From sequence record DRR723986_3135: a DNA stretch of 35,544 nt. One strand, given 5' to 3'. Made by a program: the position numbers and the translations under genes. Shown piece by piece: positions 17,606-27,443 of the stretch (position 1 is its first letter; each line of letters starts with the position of its first letter). The notes beneath the pieces are model-generated. The model was not told the DNA's origin. It made no database searches and was given only the letters and a program-made list of their open reading frames with translations.

Positions 17606-18388
17606 TTAGTCTTTGATTTTGACTGAGAGGATTTCAGTAACGCTCAGAATCGCTTCGTCGATCATATAGATGAAGTTGTCGACTTTAGTCGTGAAGTAGT
17701 TATACCCCACAATCGCGATTACAGCACCAATCAGACCACCAGCAGTGTTGTAGAGTGCCTCGGAAATACCGATCGACAGCTGCGTAGCAGAAACTGTACC
17801 ACCTTTACCGAGAGCGGCAAAGGCGCGAATCATACCAACTGTAGTTCCAAGCAGACCAATCATAGTCGCAATCGAAGCAACGGTTGAGAGGATTACCATG
17901 TTCTTCTCAAGTAGCGGAGTCTCAAGGTTGGTAGCCTCATCGATCGCGCGCTTGACTTCCGTCATTTTCTTTTCGCGATCAAGCTCACTGTCTGACTTGA
18001 CGGTTTGGAAGGTCTCCAGGCCGGCGCGGATGATGTTTGCCATGCTACCGCGTTGGGTATGGCAAGATTTCAACGCACCGTCAATGTCACCTTTCTGCAA
18101 CTGAACAGAAACGTTCTTAACAAAGACTTCGAGTTTGCCTTTGCCGCGTGCTTTGCTAATTGAGAATGCACGCTCAATAAGGAATGTCGTTGCAACCAGG
18201 ATAAAGGTGATAAGCAATGAAACCAGAATACCGCCGGTGTAGATCATCCCGAGAACATTGCCATCGAGTGGTACGTGACGTACATCTGGATCTGAGAAGT
18301 TGGCAGGATTCCCCATCACAAATTCCCAGAACAGATAGGAGACAACCAACGCAAGGATAATGACGATCGCATTAAAAGCGTTCTTCAT
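17606..18388 (-). CDS. exbB: MotA/TolQ/ExbB proton-channel protein
   Basis: GLLGTTVGMIRAF and GISEALYNTAGGL. Start moved from 18472 to the ATG at 18388 (GGAG SD), which removes the overlap with the STAS gene. Confidence 0.93.
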   Translation of the reverse strand: MKNAFNAIVIILALVVSYLFWEFVMGNPANFSDPDVRHVPLDGNVLGMIYTGGILVSLLITFILVATTFLIERAFSISKARGKGKLEVFVKNVSVQLQKGDIDGALKSCHTQRGSMANIIRAGLETFQTVKSDSELDREKKMTEVKRAIDEATNLETPLLEKNMVILSTVASIATMIGLLGTTVGMIRAFAALGKGGTVSATQLSIGISEALYNTAGGLIGAVIAIVGYNYFTTKVDNFIYMIDEAILSVTEILSVKIKD

Positions 18389-18422
18389 GGAAACACACTC
18401 CAAATAGAATGAAAGTTTATGA

Positions 18423-18770
18423 TTATTTGAAAATTTTGCTCTTGGCTTCTTCGACTGTGTCGTAAATCTCAAACACGAGTGTAAGCTTCGTGATTATGAA
18501 GATGTTTTCGATGTTGTCGCTAATATTACATAGCACAACACGCCCAGCACGTTTTGTAAAACGCTCATGTGCGGAGATCAGCACACCTAAGGCAGTCGAG
18601 TTGATATAAGTAACTTTGGCGAGGTCGACAATCGCAATGTTGTCGTCTTGTTCGGCCACACCGCTGAACAGCTGGCGAAGTCTGTCGGTTTCATCACCGC
18701 CAATAAACTGGCCACGAAGATTGAAGAGCGTAAAGTCCCCACAGTCTTCGGTTTTGATCTGGTCAAACAT
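18423..18770 (-). CDS. STAS-domain anti-sigma-factor antagonist (SpoIIAA/RsbV-like)
   Basis: 115 aa; VDLAKVTYINSTALGVL with the phospho-acceptor Ser position; IF.ITKL..VFEIY.TVEEA. Confidence 0.9.
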   Translation of the reverse strand: MFDQIKTEDCGDFTLFNLRGQFIGGDETDRLRQLFSGVAEQDDNIAIVDLAKVTYINSTALGVLISAHERFTKRAGRVVLCNISDNIENIFIITKLTLVFEIYDTVEEAKSKIFK

Positions 18771-18801
18771 TAAATTCCCTTGCGATGTGATTTGGAAGCT
18801 A

Positions 18802-18809
18802 CAAAGTTA
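18802..18809 (-). promoter_or_regulatory. Putative -7 promoter element for the STAS-exb-ton cluster
   Basis: TAACTTTG on the minus strand, 31 nt before the STAS ATG and followed by TAG as in the yceD promoter. No good -33 TTTG. Confidence 0.5.
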
Positions 18810-18906
18810 TGAAAATACCGCCACGGGGATCATTAAATTTCTGTAAACTGCGAAAACCAGCTACTCTGGCAGACCAACGCAGATGACGGAAATGCTTACC
18901 CCACAA

Positions 18907-19785
18907 TTACTTAGGGCCGTGACTTCCAAAAAGAGCTTTCGGCACCGACCGCATATCTTGTTCTACTTCGCACGCAAAACCGGCCGCACTGAATAGCGCG
19001 GACACTTGCGAAGACGTTCCATCCGCCAGCTCCAAAGAGAAGAAGCCCTGCTTCGAAAGAAGTTGCGGAAAGATTTTGGCAAAGCGTGCGTAGAAAGACA
19101 TACCGTCGGAATAATCAGTTAATGCATCAAGCGGCTCATGGTCACGGACCTCCTGCTGCAGCTGCGCAATCTCAGCTTCCGCAATATACGGAGGATTTGA
19201 AATGATCACGTCAAATGGGGCCTGAATTTTAGGCACTTCCTGCAGAATATCGCAACGCTTGAACACAATGTTCTCTACGGTATTAGCTTTGGCATTGCCT
19301 TCAGCAACCACAAGTGCTGCCTGAGATACATCCAGGCCCAAAACTCTGGAATCCGGAAAACGGCGTGCAAGCGCGATTCCGATACACCCGGAACCTGTAC
19401 CGATATCCAGAATTCGAATGGCAGTAGTCTCCTGCCTGCTCAATCGGTCACAAACCATGTCTACGATCAACTCAGTTTCCGGGCGTGGAATCAAGACTCC
19501 ACTGGAAACGGCTATCGTACATCCCAAAAAGTCAACACTGCCGAGTATATACTGCAGGGGTTCACCCGCAACCCGGCGCCGAATCATTTCACGCAATTCG
19601 GCTAATTCACTCTTTGCCAGGGGCTTGTCATGCTGCACATACAGATCAATACGCTGCAGGCCGGTAACTTTGCATAGTAACAATTCCAGCGACAGGCGCG
19701 GACTGTCAATACCTTTATCAGCAAAGTACGAAGTTCCCCATCGCAGGAGTTCAACAATAGTCCAAACTTTGTCGGTCTGAGACAT
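18907..19785 (-). CDS. prmC: Release factor glutamine methyltransferase
   Basis: GEPLQYILG, VLIPRPETE, LDIGTGSGCI, SNPPYI. Confidence 0.96.
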   Translation of the reverse strand: MSQTDKVWTIVELLRWGTSYFADKGIDSPRLSLELLLCKVTGLQRIDLYVQHDKPLAKSELAELREMIRRRVAGEPLQYILGSVDFLGCTIAVSSGVLIPRPETELIVDMVCDRLSRQETTAIRILDIGTGSGCIGIALARRFPDSRVLGLDVSQAALVVAEGNAKANTVENIVFKRCDILQEVPKIQAPFDVIISNPPYIAEAEIAQLQQEVRDHEPLDALTDYSDGMSFYARFAKIFPQLLSKQGFFSLELADGTSSQVSALFSAAGFACEVEQDMRSVPKALFGSHGPK

Positions 19786-19870
19786 CAGCGAACTTTCCCC
19801 GCAGTGTTTTCACCTGTTGTAGCAGACACCAAAACACACAAATGTGTTACTGTATGAATTTGTGTAGCGG

Positions 19871-22800
19871 TCATACCGACAGGTCGGCACCATAATATTC
19901 CTGGAGAGACTTAACACTTAAATCGGGTGTGCGCATTGTACGCACGGCGCTAAGTGTTGCCGCTGCGGCTGCCAGGGTTGTAAAAAATGGCACCTTATTT
20001 TCCATTGCAGTCCGCCCCATCACGAACTCATCATAGCGCGCGTTTTCACCAATTGGAGTGTTAATAACCAATTGGACTTCACCATTTTTGATGTGATCGA
20101 TACAGGAAGGGCGGCCTTCATAGTGTTTGCGAACTGTACGGACTTCAATTCCCTGCTCAAGCAAGAATGTGGCAGTTCCTTTGGTTGCCCAAATCGCAAA
20201 GCCCATTTCTGAAAAACCCTGCATGATTTCAATTGCACGCAAGGTTTTGTCATGATTACTCAGGGACACAAATACGTTGCCAGACTCCGGCAATCTGTTT
20301 CCACTGGACAAGCGCGACTTAACAACGGCTTTACCAAAGTTTTCGTCAATCCCCATAACTTCGCCGGTTGAGCGCATTTCTGGCCCAAGAAAGATATCGG
20401 TCTTTGGAAATTTGTTAAACGGAAAGACTGACTCTTTAATCGCAACACGATCAGTGGCCAAAGGCATGTCCTTTAAACCAGTTGCACCAAGTTTGATGTC
20501 ACTGATTTTCTCACCAAGCATTACTCGTGTAGCCAGCTTGGCCAATGGAACACCGGTTGACTTGGACACAAAAGGTACCGTCCGCGAAGCACGTGGGTTA
20601 ACTTCAAGCACGTAGATTTGACCGTGCTGCATGGCAAACTGAATGTTTAACAATCCAACCACGTTAAGCGCGCGTGCCAGACGGCGCGTGTACTCGCGCA
20701 TAATCTCAGCTTGTTCGTTTGTCACATTGTATGGCGGTAACACACAGCTTGAGTCACCTGAGTGCACACCAGCCTCTTCAATGTGTTGCATAATGCCGCC
20801 AATAATGACTGTGTCGCCGTCTGAGATTGCGTCAACATCAAATTCGTAGGCATTTTCCAGAAAGTGATCGATCAGTATCGGACGGTCAGGCGAGGCGCTC
20901 AAAGCCTGCATTGTGTATTCACGTACGGTTTCGGCGCGATAACAAATCTGCATTGCGCGGCCACCAAGCACGTAAGATGGCCGAACCAATACCGGATAAC
21001 CGACCTTATCAGCAATTTTTTGGGCGTCATCGATCGACGTTGCCGTACCCCATGATGGGCAGGGAATTTTTTGCTCTTCCAGAATCTGTCCAAAACGTTC
21101 CCGGTCTTCAGCCAGATCGATCCCCTCGGGAGATGTTCCCAAAATTGGTACTCCCGCATTTTCAAGGCTGCGCGCCAATTTTAACGGTGTCTGCCCACCG
21201 AAGGTAACGATGATCCCCTTGGGTTTTTCAAACTCAATAACGTTAATAACATCTTCAAATGTTAAAGGCTCAAAATAGAGTTTGTCAGTTGTGTCGTAAT
21301 CCGTAGATACTGTTTCGGGATTACAGTTAATCATGATAGCTTCGTAGCCGGCCTGTTTAGCTGCAAAAATTCCCTGTACACAACAGTAGTCAAACTCGAT
21401 TCCCTGACCGATTCGATTGGGTCCACCTCCAAGGATGATGACACTTTCGCGATCCGAGCGGACGGCTTCATTTTCGTCCTCGTACGTCGAGTAGTGATAA
21501 GGCGTACTTGACTCAAATTCAGCAGCGCAGGTATCAATAGTTTTGAACACTGGAGTAACGCCCAGCTTTAGGCGGTGTGCACGAATACTGTGTTCGTCAG
21601 CACCACAAATGACGCCAAGTTGAACATCCGAAAAGCCAAGTTGTTTCATCCAGCGCATGCGCGCTTTGTCAACCGTTTTAAGGAAGTTGTCACTACCAGA
21701 CGCGTGCCTGGCCTGCAGCAGACTTTCGGCGGCCGTTACGATTTCACGACACTGCTCAACAAACCACGGGTCAAATCCGGTCAGATCATAAATTTGGTCG
21801 GTGTCAACACCTGCGCGCAAAGCATCGCACAGGTCAAAAAGTGAAGTCGAAGTGCGTTTGCGCAACTTGTTAAGTAATGGTGCCATATCGGCATCACTCG
21901 TAGACGGCGCGTTTAAGTAGGCACCGGAATCATAACCAAAGCCATACCGTTTTTGCTCCAGACTGCGAATTGCTTTTTGGAACGACTCTTTAAAGGTGCG
22001 ACCAAAGGCCATGGCTTCACCTACAGATTTCATCTGTACGCCAAGTTCGTCATCGACTCCCTTAAACTTTTCAAAGTCCCAGCGCGGTATCTTGGTTACG
22101 ACGTAGTCAATTGCCGGTTCAAAACTGGCCGGCGTTTTTTTGGTGATGTCATTGTCAATTTCGTCCAGCGTATAACCAATCGCCAGTTTTGCGGCTATCT
22201 TGGCAATCGGAAAACCTGTGGCTTTAGAGGCCAGAGCAGAGGAGCGTGAAACACGCGGATTCATTTCAATAATTATCTGGCGGCCGTCGCGCGGGTTAAG
22301 CGCAAACTGGATATTCGATCCACCGGTCTCGACGCCGATTTCGCGAATGATTTTTAATGCCGCATCGCGCATGCGCTGATATTCGCGATCTGTTAAGGTT
22401 TGTGCCGGCGCTACTGTAATTGAGTCGCCCGTATGCACACCCATTGGATCAAAGTTTTCAATGGAACATATGATCACGACATTGTCATTTTTGTCGCGCA
22501 TTACTTCCAGTTCAAATTCTTTCCATCCAATAATTGACTCTTCGAGCAGCACACGGTTTACCGGGCTGGAGCTCAAGCCGTGCGCCAGGCGTTCATCAAA
22601 TTCTTCCAGATTGTACGCAATTCCGCCGCCGCTACCACCAAGCGTGAACGAAGGGCGAATAATCAGTGGAAATTCAAGTTCCTGACTAAGCTTGCGGCCT
22701 TCTTCAACGGAGTTTACAAAACCGCCACGTGCCATTTCCAGTCCGCAGCGCTTGACGCACTCCTGAAACATCTCACGGTCTTCGGCTTTGTGAATCGACT

Positions 22801-23161
22801 CTATTTGAGAGCCTATGAGCTCAACATCATATTTGTCTAAAATGCCTTTTTCGTGCAATTCAACCGCTGCATTCAGCGCTACCTGCCCGCCAACTGTCGG
22901 CAAAATTGCATCCGGCTTTTCCTTGCGAATAATCGCTTCAATGTAATCCGCTTCGATTGGCTCAATATAGGTTGCATCAGCTATGTCCGGATCGGTCATA
23001 ATTGTTGCTGGATTTGAGTTAACCAGAATTACTCGAATCCCCTCTTCGCGAAGGGCGATGCACGCCTGCGTGCCACTGTAGTCGAATTCACAGGCCTGAC
23101 CGATGACAATTGGTCCTGAGCCGATGACTAAAACCGAAGAGATATCAGTGCGTTTAGGCAT
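19871..23161 (-). CDS. carB: Carbamoyl-phosphate synthase large subunit
   Basis: [24 protein letters not shown], duplicated ATP-grasp halves (GVHTGDS/GVHSGDS), C-terminal MGS-like domain. Confidence 0.99.
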   Translation of the reverse strand: MPKRTDISSVLVIGSGPIVIGQACEFDYSGTQACIALREEGIRVILVNSNPATIMTDPDIADATYIEPIEADYIEAIIRKEKPDAILPTVGGQVALNAAVELHEKGILDKYDVELIGSQIESIHKAEDREMFQECVKRCGLEMARGGFVNSVEEGRKLSQELEFPLIIRPSFTLGGSGGGIAYNLEEFDERLAHGLSSSPVNRVLLEESIIGWKEFELEVMRDKNDNVVIICSIENFDPMGVHTGDSITVAPAQTLTDREYQRMRDAALKIIREIGVETGGSNIQFALNPRDGRQIIIEMNPRVSRSSALASKATGFPIAKIAAKLAIGYTLDEIDNDITKKTPASFEPAIDYVVTKIPRWDFEKFKGVDDELGVQMKSVGEAMAFGRTFKESFQKAIRSLEQKRYGFGYDSGAYLNAPSTSDADMAPLLNKLRKRTSTSLFDLCDALRAGVDTDQIYDLTGFDPWFVEQCREIVTAAESLLQARHASGSDNFLKTVDKARMRWMKQLGFSDVQLGVICGADEHSIRAHRLKLGVTPVFKTIDTCAAEFESSTPYHYSTYEDENEAVRSDRESVIILGGGPNRIGQGIEFDYCCVQGIFAAKQAGYEAIMINCNPETVSTDYDTTDKLYFEPLTFEDVINVIEFEKPKGIIVTFGGQTPLKLARSLENAGVPILGTSPEGIDLAEDRERFGQILEEQKIPCPSWGTATSIDDAQKIADKVGYPVLVRPSYVLGGRAMQICYRAETVREYTMQALSASPDRPILIDHFLENAYEFDVDAISDGDTVIIGGIMQHIEEAGVHSGDSSCVLPPYNVTNEQAEIMREYTRRLARALNVVGLLNIQFAMQHGQIYVLEVNPRASRTVPFVSKSTGVPLAKLATRVMLGEKISDIKLGATGLKDMPLATDRVAIKESVFPFNKFPKTDIFLGPEMRSTGEVMGIDENFGKAVVKSRLSSGNRLPESGNVFVSLSNHDKTLRAIEIMQGFSEMGFAIWATKGTATFLLEQGIEVRTVRKHYEGRPSCIDHIKNGEVQLVINTPIGENARYDEFVMGRTAMENKVPFFTTLAAAAATLSAVRTMRTPDLSVKSLQEYYGADLSV

Positions 23162-23230
23162 ATCATTCCAACAAAGGGCAGGTTAAAGATGACGTTGATT
23201 CAGATAATGGACTCAGAAAGGGAGCAGTTC

Positions 23231-24178
23231 TCAGGCCAGGCCGCGTGCTTCAGCAATTACAGCCAGTAATGCCATTCGGATTGCAACACCCGACTCGACC
23301 TGTTCCAGTATCAGGGAGCGATCATGCTCAATTACGTCGGCAGTCAGCTCTACCCCACGATTAACTGGTCCCGGGTGCATGACGAGCAGCTCCGGGTGCT
23401 GTTGCATGTGTGCGGCATCTATTCCAAAATACTGCTGAAACTCGCGCAAAGACGGCAAAAGCCCGGCTTGCATACGCTCGTGCTGCAAACGCAAAACATT
23501 ACAGACATCCGACCATTCAAGCGCTTCCTGCAAATGATGAAAGACGCGAATTCCACGGGCCTCAAGACCAGCTGGCAGCAGGCTCCCCGGGCCACAAACT
23601 GCAATATTTGCTCCGAGCGTTGTTAAGATGTCAAAGTTTGAGCGTGCCACACGACTATGCAGGATGTCACCAAGCAGACAAATGTTAACATTTTCGAGGG
23701 AACCAATCCGTGCCCGCAGTGCAAATGCGTCCAGCAGAGCCTGAGTTGGATGCTGGCGGCAACCGTCACCAGCGTTGAGGATGCCACTGGAGAGTCGCTC
23801 CGCCAGGTACCCTGGCACACCAGCCGATGGATGGCGCACCACGATCATATCTGGATGATTGGCGTCAATGGTGAACATCGTATCAATCAATGATTCACCT
23901 TTGGAAAGACTGCTGGCATTGGCCTGGAAACTCAGCGTCTGTGCGCCCAGGCGCTTAGCTGCAACCTCAAAGGATACTCGCGTACGTGTTGAAGGCTCGA
24001 TGAATGCCAGAAAGACGCTAATGCCATGTAAGTCGCGGCTGAAGCCTTCCGCCCCATTTTGGCGCAATTGCTTCAGAAACTTTTCGGTACGTGTAAACAG
24101 GTAATGGATGTGCTCGCGTTGTAAGTCCGCGGCGCTCAGAAGGTGTTGATGCGGAAAAGCCTGTACGGTCTGCACCAT
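23231..24178 (-). CDS. pyrB: Aspartate carbamoyltransferase catalytic subunit
   Basis: EPSTRTRVSFE, NAGDG...HPTQALLD, HSRVARS, RLQHER, HPGPVNRG. Start probably the ATG at 24178 rather than 24274. Confidence 0.95.
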   Translation of the reverse strand: MVQTVQAFPHQHLLSAADLQREHIHYLFTRTEKFLKQLRQNGAEGFSRDLHGISVFLAFIEPSTRTRVSFEVAAKRLGAQTLSFQANASSLSKGESLIDTMFTIDANHPDMIVVRHPSAGVPGYLAERLSSGILNAGDGCRQHPTQALLDAFALRARIGSLENVNICLLGDILHSRVARSNFDILTTLGANIAVCGPGSLLPAGLEARGIRVFHHLQEALEWSDVCNVLRLQHERMQAGLLPSLREFQQYFGIDAAHMQQHPELLVMHPGPVNRGVELTADVIEHDRSLILEQVESGVAIRMALLAVIAEARGLA

Positions 24179-24330
24179 AGGGTGTTTAAGTGTTGCTGAC
24201 GTGTAAGACGAACCTGGAACGGAGAATAATTCTCGATTGACGCAACAGCCTGTCAATAACAATATGCAGATCAAGACGCTAGTTGACCAAGTCTAACCTG
24301 GTTGTATTGCCCACCGAAACGGGTTTATAC

Positions 24331-24360
24331 AAAAAAACCGCTCCGAGGAGCGGTTTTTTT
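24331..24360. terminator. Bidirectional-type intrinsic terminator after hup
   Basis: AAAAAAACCGCTCCGAGGAGCGGTTTTTTT: perfect inverted repeat with A7/T7 flanks, about 20 nt past the hup stop. Confidence 0.92.
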
Positions 24361-24379
24361 ATCGAGAACTCGAAGGTCC

Positions 24380-24700
24380 TCATTTTTTCTTGGGTGCAGC
24401 TTTTTTAGCGTTGCCACTGACGGCGTCTTTCAAGCCTTTGCCCGGCGTAAATTTAGGAACCTTACGAGCAGGAATCTTGATCGATTCACCGGTACGTGGG
24501 TTTTTGCCTTTACGGGCTTTACGCTTTTGAACGGTAAAGGAACCAAAACCAATCAAAGTGACAGCGCCACCTTTTGTCAAAGTTTTAGTAACCGATTCGA
24601 GAACAGATGAGAGAGCACGTTCTGCTTGCACTTTGCTGAGTTCAGCTCCCTCAGCAATTGCCTCAACAAGATCGCTCTTGTTAAGATTGTTAGCCGCCAT
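24380..24700 (-). CDS. hup: HU family DNA-binding protein
   Basis: NKSDLVEAIA, LIGFGSF, RKARKGKNPRTGE.IKIPA, F.PGK.LK; short AKKAAPKKK tail. Confidence 0.96.
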   Translation of the reverse strand: MAANNLNKSDLVEAIAEGAELSKVQAERALSSVLESVTKTLTKGGAVTLIGFGSFTVQKRKARKGKNPRTGESIKIPARKVPKFTPGKGLKDAVSGNAKKAAPKKK

Positions 24701-24746
24701 ACGATGACCCTTGGAGAAGTTGTAAGAAAGAGTAAAAAAGGTGTTG

Positions 24747-24778
24747 TAAACTTAACGTGAATTGTTGTTGATTGCAAG
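24747..24778 (-). promoter_or_regulatory. Putative hup promoter
   Basis: Minus strand CTTG-N20-TAAGTTTA, also readable as TTGCAA-N17-TAAGTT. Confidence 0.45.
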
Positions 24779-24886
24779 AAAAAAGTGGCCGAAAACGTAG
24801 ATTTCATGCGGTTTTTAACCGATTTCTTTCCACAAGCCCGCTCAATTAGCTAGTTCACTGCCCATTTTGGCTGGTAAATGGCATTG

Positions 24887-25396
24887 TTAAAGGGCTAAAA
24901 ATAAAGCAGATAGTGCCGTCATGTGGAAAACTGCATGAAGTGAGAGCGCAGCCAAAAGGCCCGCAACAAGGTCATCCCCCATAACCGCCCATGGTCCGTG
25001 CGCGCCATCAATCTTGTTAATTGGCCATGGTTTAACAATGTCGAACAAACGAAAAAATCCAAAACCCAACAGTATCCAGACCGGCTCAAGTGGAATCAGT
25101 GGTGAGGCCAGGGTCAGGCACATTCCAGCAGCTTCATCAATTACAACTATTGAGGGGTCCTTACCAAAATGCTGCTCCAACGCACCAACGGTAAGTACAC
25201 CCACCACCGTAAACACCAGCGTGCCCAGCATCAGAATCAGGTGCAAATCGGCAAAAGGCAGAAACAAGAGCAGCAATGTAACTGCACTTCCAGCGGTGCC
25301 CGGCGCAGGTAGATAACCGGCGCCACCCAGACTGCAGATGGCAACGCCCAAACGACGCATCGGACTCAAACGCTGGAATTCCCGCCAACGCGACAT
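24887..25396 (-). CDS. pgpA: Phosphatidylglycerophosphatase A
   Basis: APGTAGS, DPS.VVIDE..G, FRLFDIVKPWP, MGDDL.AG; TAATG overlap with pgsA. Confidence 0.94.
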   Translation of the reverse strand: MSRWREFQRLSPMRRLGVAICSLGGAGYLPAPGTAGSAVTLLLLFLPFADLHLILMLGTLVFTVVGVLTVGALEQHFGKDPSIVVIDEAAGMCLTLASPLIPLEPVWILLGFGFFRLFDIVKPWPINKIDGAHGPWAVMGDDLVAGLLAALSLHAVFHMTALSALFLAL

Positions 25397-25995
25397 TAAA
25401 CACCTCTCCGAGGTAAACGCATCAGCAGGCGGCGGTTAGCCATCAGGTATTGCACTCCCGTCCAGACCGTAGCCAGGCACACAAGCGCCATTCCATAGAA
25501 TAAGGCTGAGGGATCGATTACAAGCAAAAGAACCTCTGGGGAGACGTCGGGAGCCAAGGTCTGCCAGGCGATCAGAGTTAACACGTACACAATAAAGGTC
25601 ATTTGCAGAAAGGTTTTGATCTTGCCACCACGTGAAGTAACCACAGCTTGATCCTTGGCTTCGGCATACATGCGCAGGCCGGTAACAACCACATCGCGAA
25701 AGACGACGACCAGTACCATCCACAAAGGAATCAAATCTTCCAATGAGAATGCAAAGAGTGCGGCCAGGACCAGTACTTTATCGGCAAGTGGATCCAGAAA
25801 GACGCCTAGAGGTGTTACCAGCTCATAACGACGCGCCCACCAACCATCCACAAAGTCGGTGACGGCAGCCAGGGTAAAGACTATGATTGCAATCATTTTA
25901 ACGTATGAGTCACTCGCCAGAAAGAGAATGACAAACAGTGGCGCCATTAACATGCGTGCCAAGGTTAAAACAACTGGTCCATTGCGCAGTATCAT
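25396..25995 (-). CDS. pgsA: CDP-diacylglycerol--glycerol-3-phosphate 3-phosphatidyltransferase
   Basis: LT..R, TDFVDGWWARR...T.LG.FLDPLADK, GKIKT..Q. Start likely the ATG at 25995; GTG at 26034 is possible. Confidence 0.92.
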   Translation of the reverse strand: MILRNGPVVLTLARMLMAPLFVILFLASDSYVKMIAIIVFTLAAVTDFVDGWWARRYELVTPLGVFLDPLADKVLVLAALFAFSLEDLIPLWMVLVVVFRDVVVTGLRMYAEAKDQAVVTSRGGKIKTFLQMTFIVYVLTLIAWQTLAPDVSPEVLLLVIDPSALFYGMALVCLATVWTGVQYLMANRRLLMRLPRRGV

Positions 25996-26100
25996 ATGGA
26001 TCTCGGTCTGAGCTCTCGACCTAAAGTCACGCACGCGAATGTCTGGATGGAAATTATCCGGATGGAAATCAAGCGGCGTGGAAATTTGTAACTGTTAGTG

Positions 26101-26877
26101 TTAATGAGAAACTACTGTCCCCGCCTGTTTGACGAGCTCAGCAAAGGATTCAGCCTTGAGAGAAGCTCCACCAACCAGACCACCATCGACGTTTGGACAG
26201 CGCAATAGCTCGCTGACGTTTGCAGGTTTCATGCTGCCGCCATACAAAATGCGCGTGGCCTGTGCCAATTCTTCAGAATACATTGTGTGCAACTGTGAAC
26301 GAATATACGCATGTGCGGCTTCAGCCTGCTCACTACTGGCAGCCAGCCCGGTTCCGATTGCCCATACAGGTTCATATGCAATAATCAGTTTAGATGCGCT
26401 ATCTGCAGATACGGTCCCCAGGCCCTGGCTGATTTGCTGATGCAGAACCGCTTCTGTTTGTTCAGCCTGGCGTTCTTCCAGCGTTTCACCAATGCAATAG
26501 ATTGCCTGCATTCCGGCAGCCACGGTGGCATTTATCTTGTCTGCACAAGCCATGCTGGTTTCAGCATACATTTGCCGCCGTTCCGAGTGTCCGATGATGA
26601 CATGCGAACAACCCAACTCCGCAAGCATTGCCGTGGAAACTTCGCCTGTAAAAGCGCCGTGGGTTGCGGCATTGCAGTTTTGGGCTCCCCAGGCTACACC
26701 TGAGCCGGCAAATTTGTTTTGGGCGCTGCCGAGCGCCAGGAAAGGCGGGCAAACCAGGACGTCGACGTCTTGAACGTTTTGCGGTTCAAGAAGTCCCAGG
26801 AATGCATCCGCAAACTGATTGGTTTCAGCCAGCGTTTTGTTCATCTTCCAATTGCCGGCTATCAGGTAACGCCTCAT
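26101..26877 (-). CDS. tpiA: Triosephosphate isomerase
   Basis: AGNWKM, GHSERR, YEPVWAIGTG, YGGS, GGASL. Confidence 0.98.
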   Translation of the reverse strand: MRRYLIAGNWKMNKTLAETNQFADAFLGLLEPQNVQDVDVLVCPPFLALGSAQNKFAGSGVAWGAQNCNAATHGAFTGEVSTAMLAELGCSHVIIGHSERRQMYAETSMACADKINATVAAGMQAIYCIGETLEERQAEQTEAVLHQQISQGLGTVSADSASKLIIAYEPVWAIGTGLAASSEQAEAAHAYIRSQLHTMYSEELAQATRILYGGSMKPANVSELLRCPNVDGGLVGGASLKAESFAELVKQAGTVVSH

Positions 26878-27443
26878 GGTGCAGTGCTCCGATTCTTAAA
26901 TGACTTCCCACTAACCTTAAATATCTTATAATTTTTCAGGTATTGGTCTGACTCAAAGCCATAACCACTGATGATTTCAGTTGGGGATTCAATCCGAACG
27001 AATTCAGTTCCAAAGATTCGACGCTTTTGTTCTTCCCAGAGCAACAGTGAGGTTTCAAGCGTCGTCTGTGAACTGTCGGAAACGACCACCACATTTCCCA
27101 TTGCCTTCATGTCTTTGGTGCGATCATCAATCTCTGCGCTGTCGGCGGTTAAAACGCTGACGAGTTCCGTGCCTTCGCGATTCATAAATTCGACCGTAAC
27201 ACCTTTGTTTAAGTATGTTTTACGCTGATCCTCAAACACGTTGGCTTCGCCGGCGCGCAGAATCGCACGCACGCGATTTGAGTCCATAAAAAACACTTCA
27301 ACGTCGATGCTGTGATGCGTCGGCAAGCGATCCGGATCCAGGTCCAACGTTTTGGGTGGCTGCTCTTCGGCACAGGCCAACATGCCTAACACCAGCAGTG
27401 CGGCCGTACAGCAACGCAGGCAAACTTTGGAGTACCGCATCAT
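26874..27443 (-). CDS. lptC: LPS export protein LptC (FCB-type)
   Basis: Beta-jellyroll pattern (GV.VEF...G....L.AD.A, A.GNVVV, LET..L.W, V.I......I.G.G.ESD); follows kdsA with ATGA overlap; lipobox-like MLA|C. Confidence 0.82.
   Translation of the reverse strand: MMRYSKVCLRCCTAALLVLGMLACAEEQPPKTLDLDPDRLPTHHSIDVEVFFMDSNRVRAILRAGEANVFEDQRKTYLNKGVTVEFMNREGTELVSVLTADSAEIDDRTKDMKAMGNVVVVSDSSQTTLETSLLLWEEQKRRIFGTEFVRIESPTEIISGYGFESDQYLKNYKIFKVSGKSFKNRSTAP

Noticed and set aside
24223-24256. TTGACA upstream of pyrB (minus strand) and a possible PyrR attenuator
   Set aside because: No -10 element at 16-18 nt spacing, and no PyrR-binding loop or terminator/antiterminator pair found.
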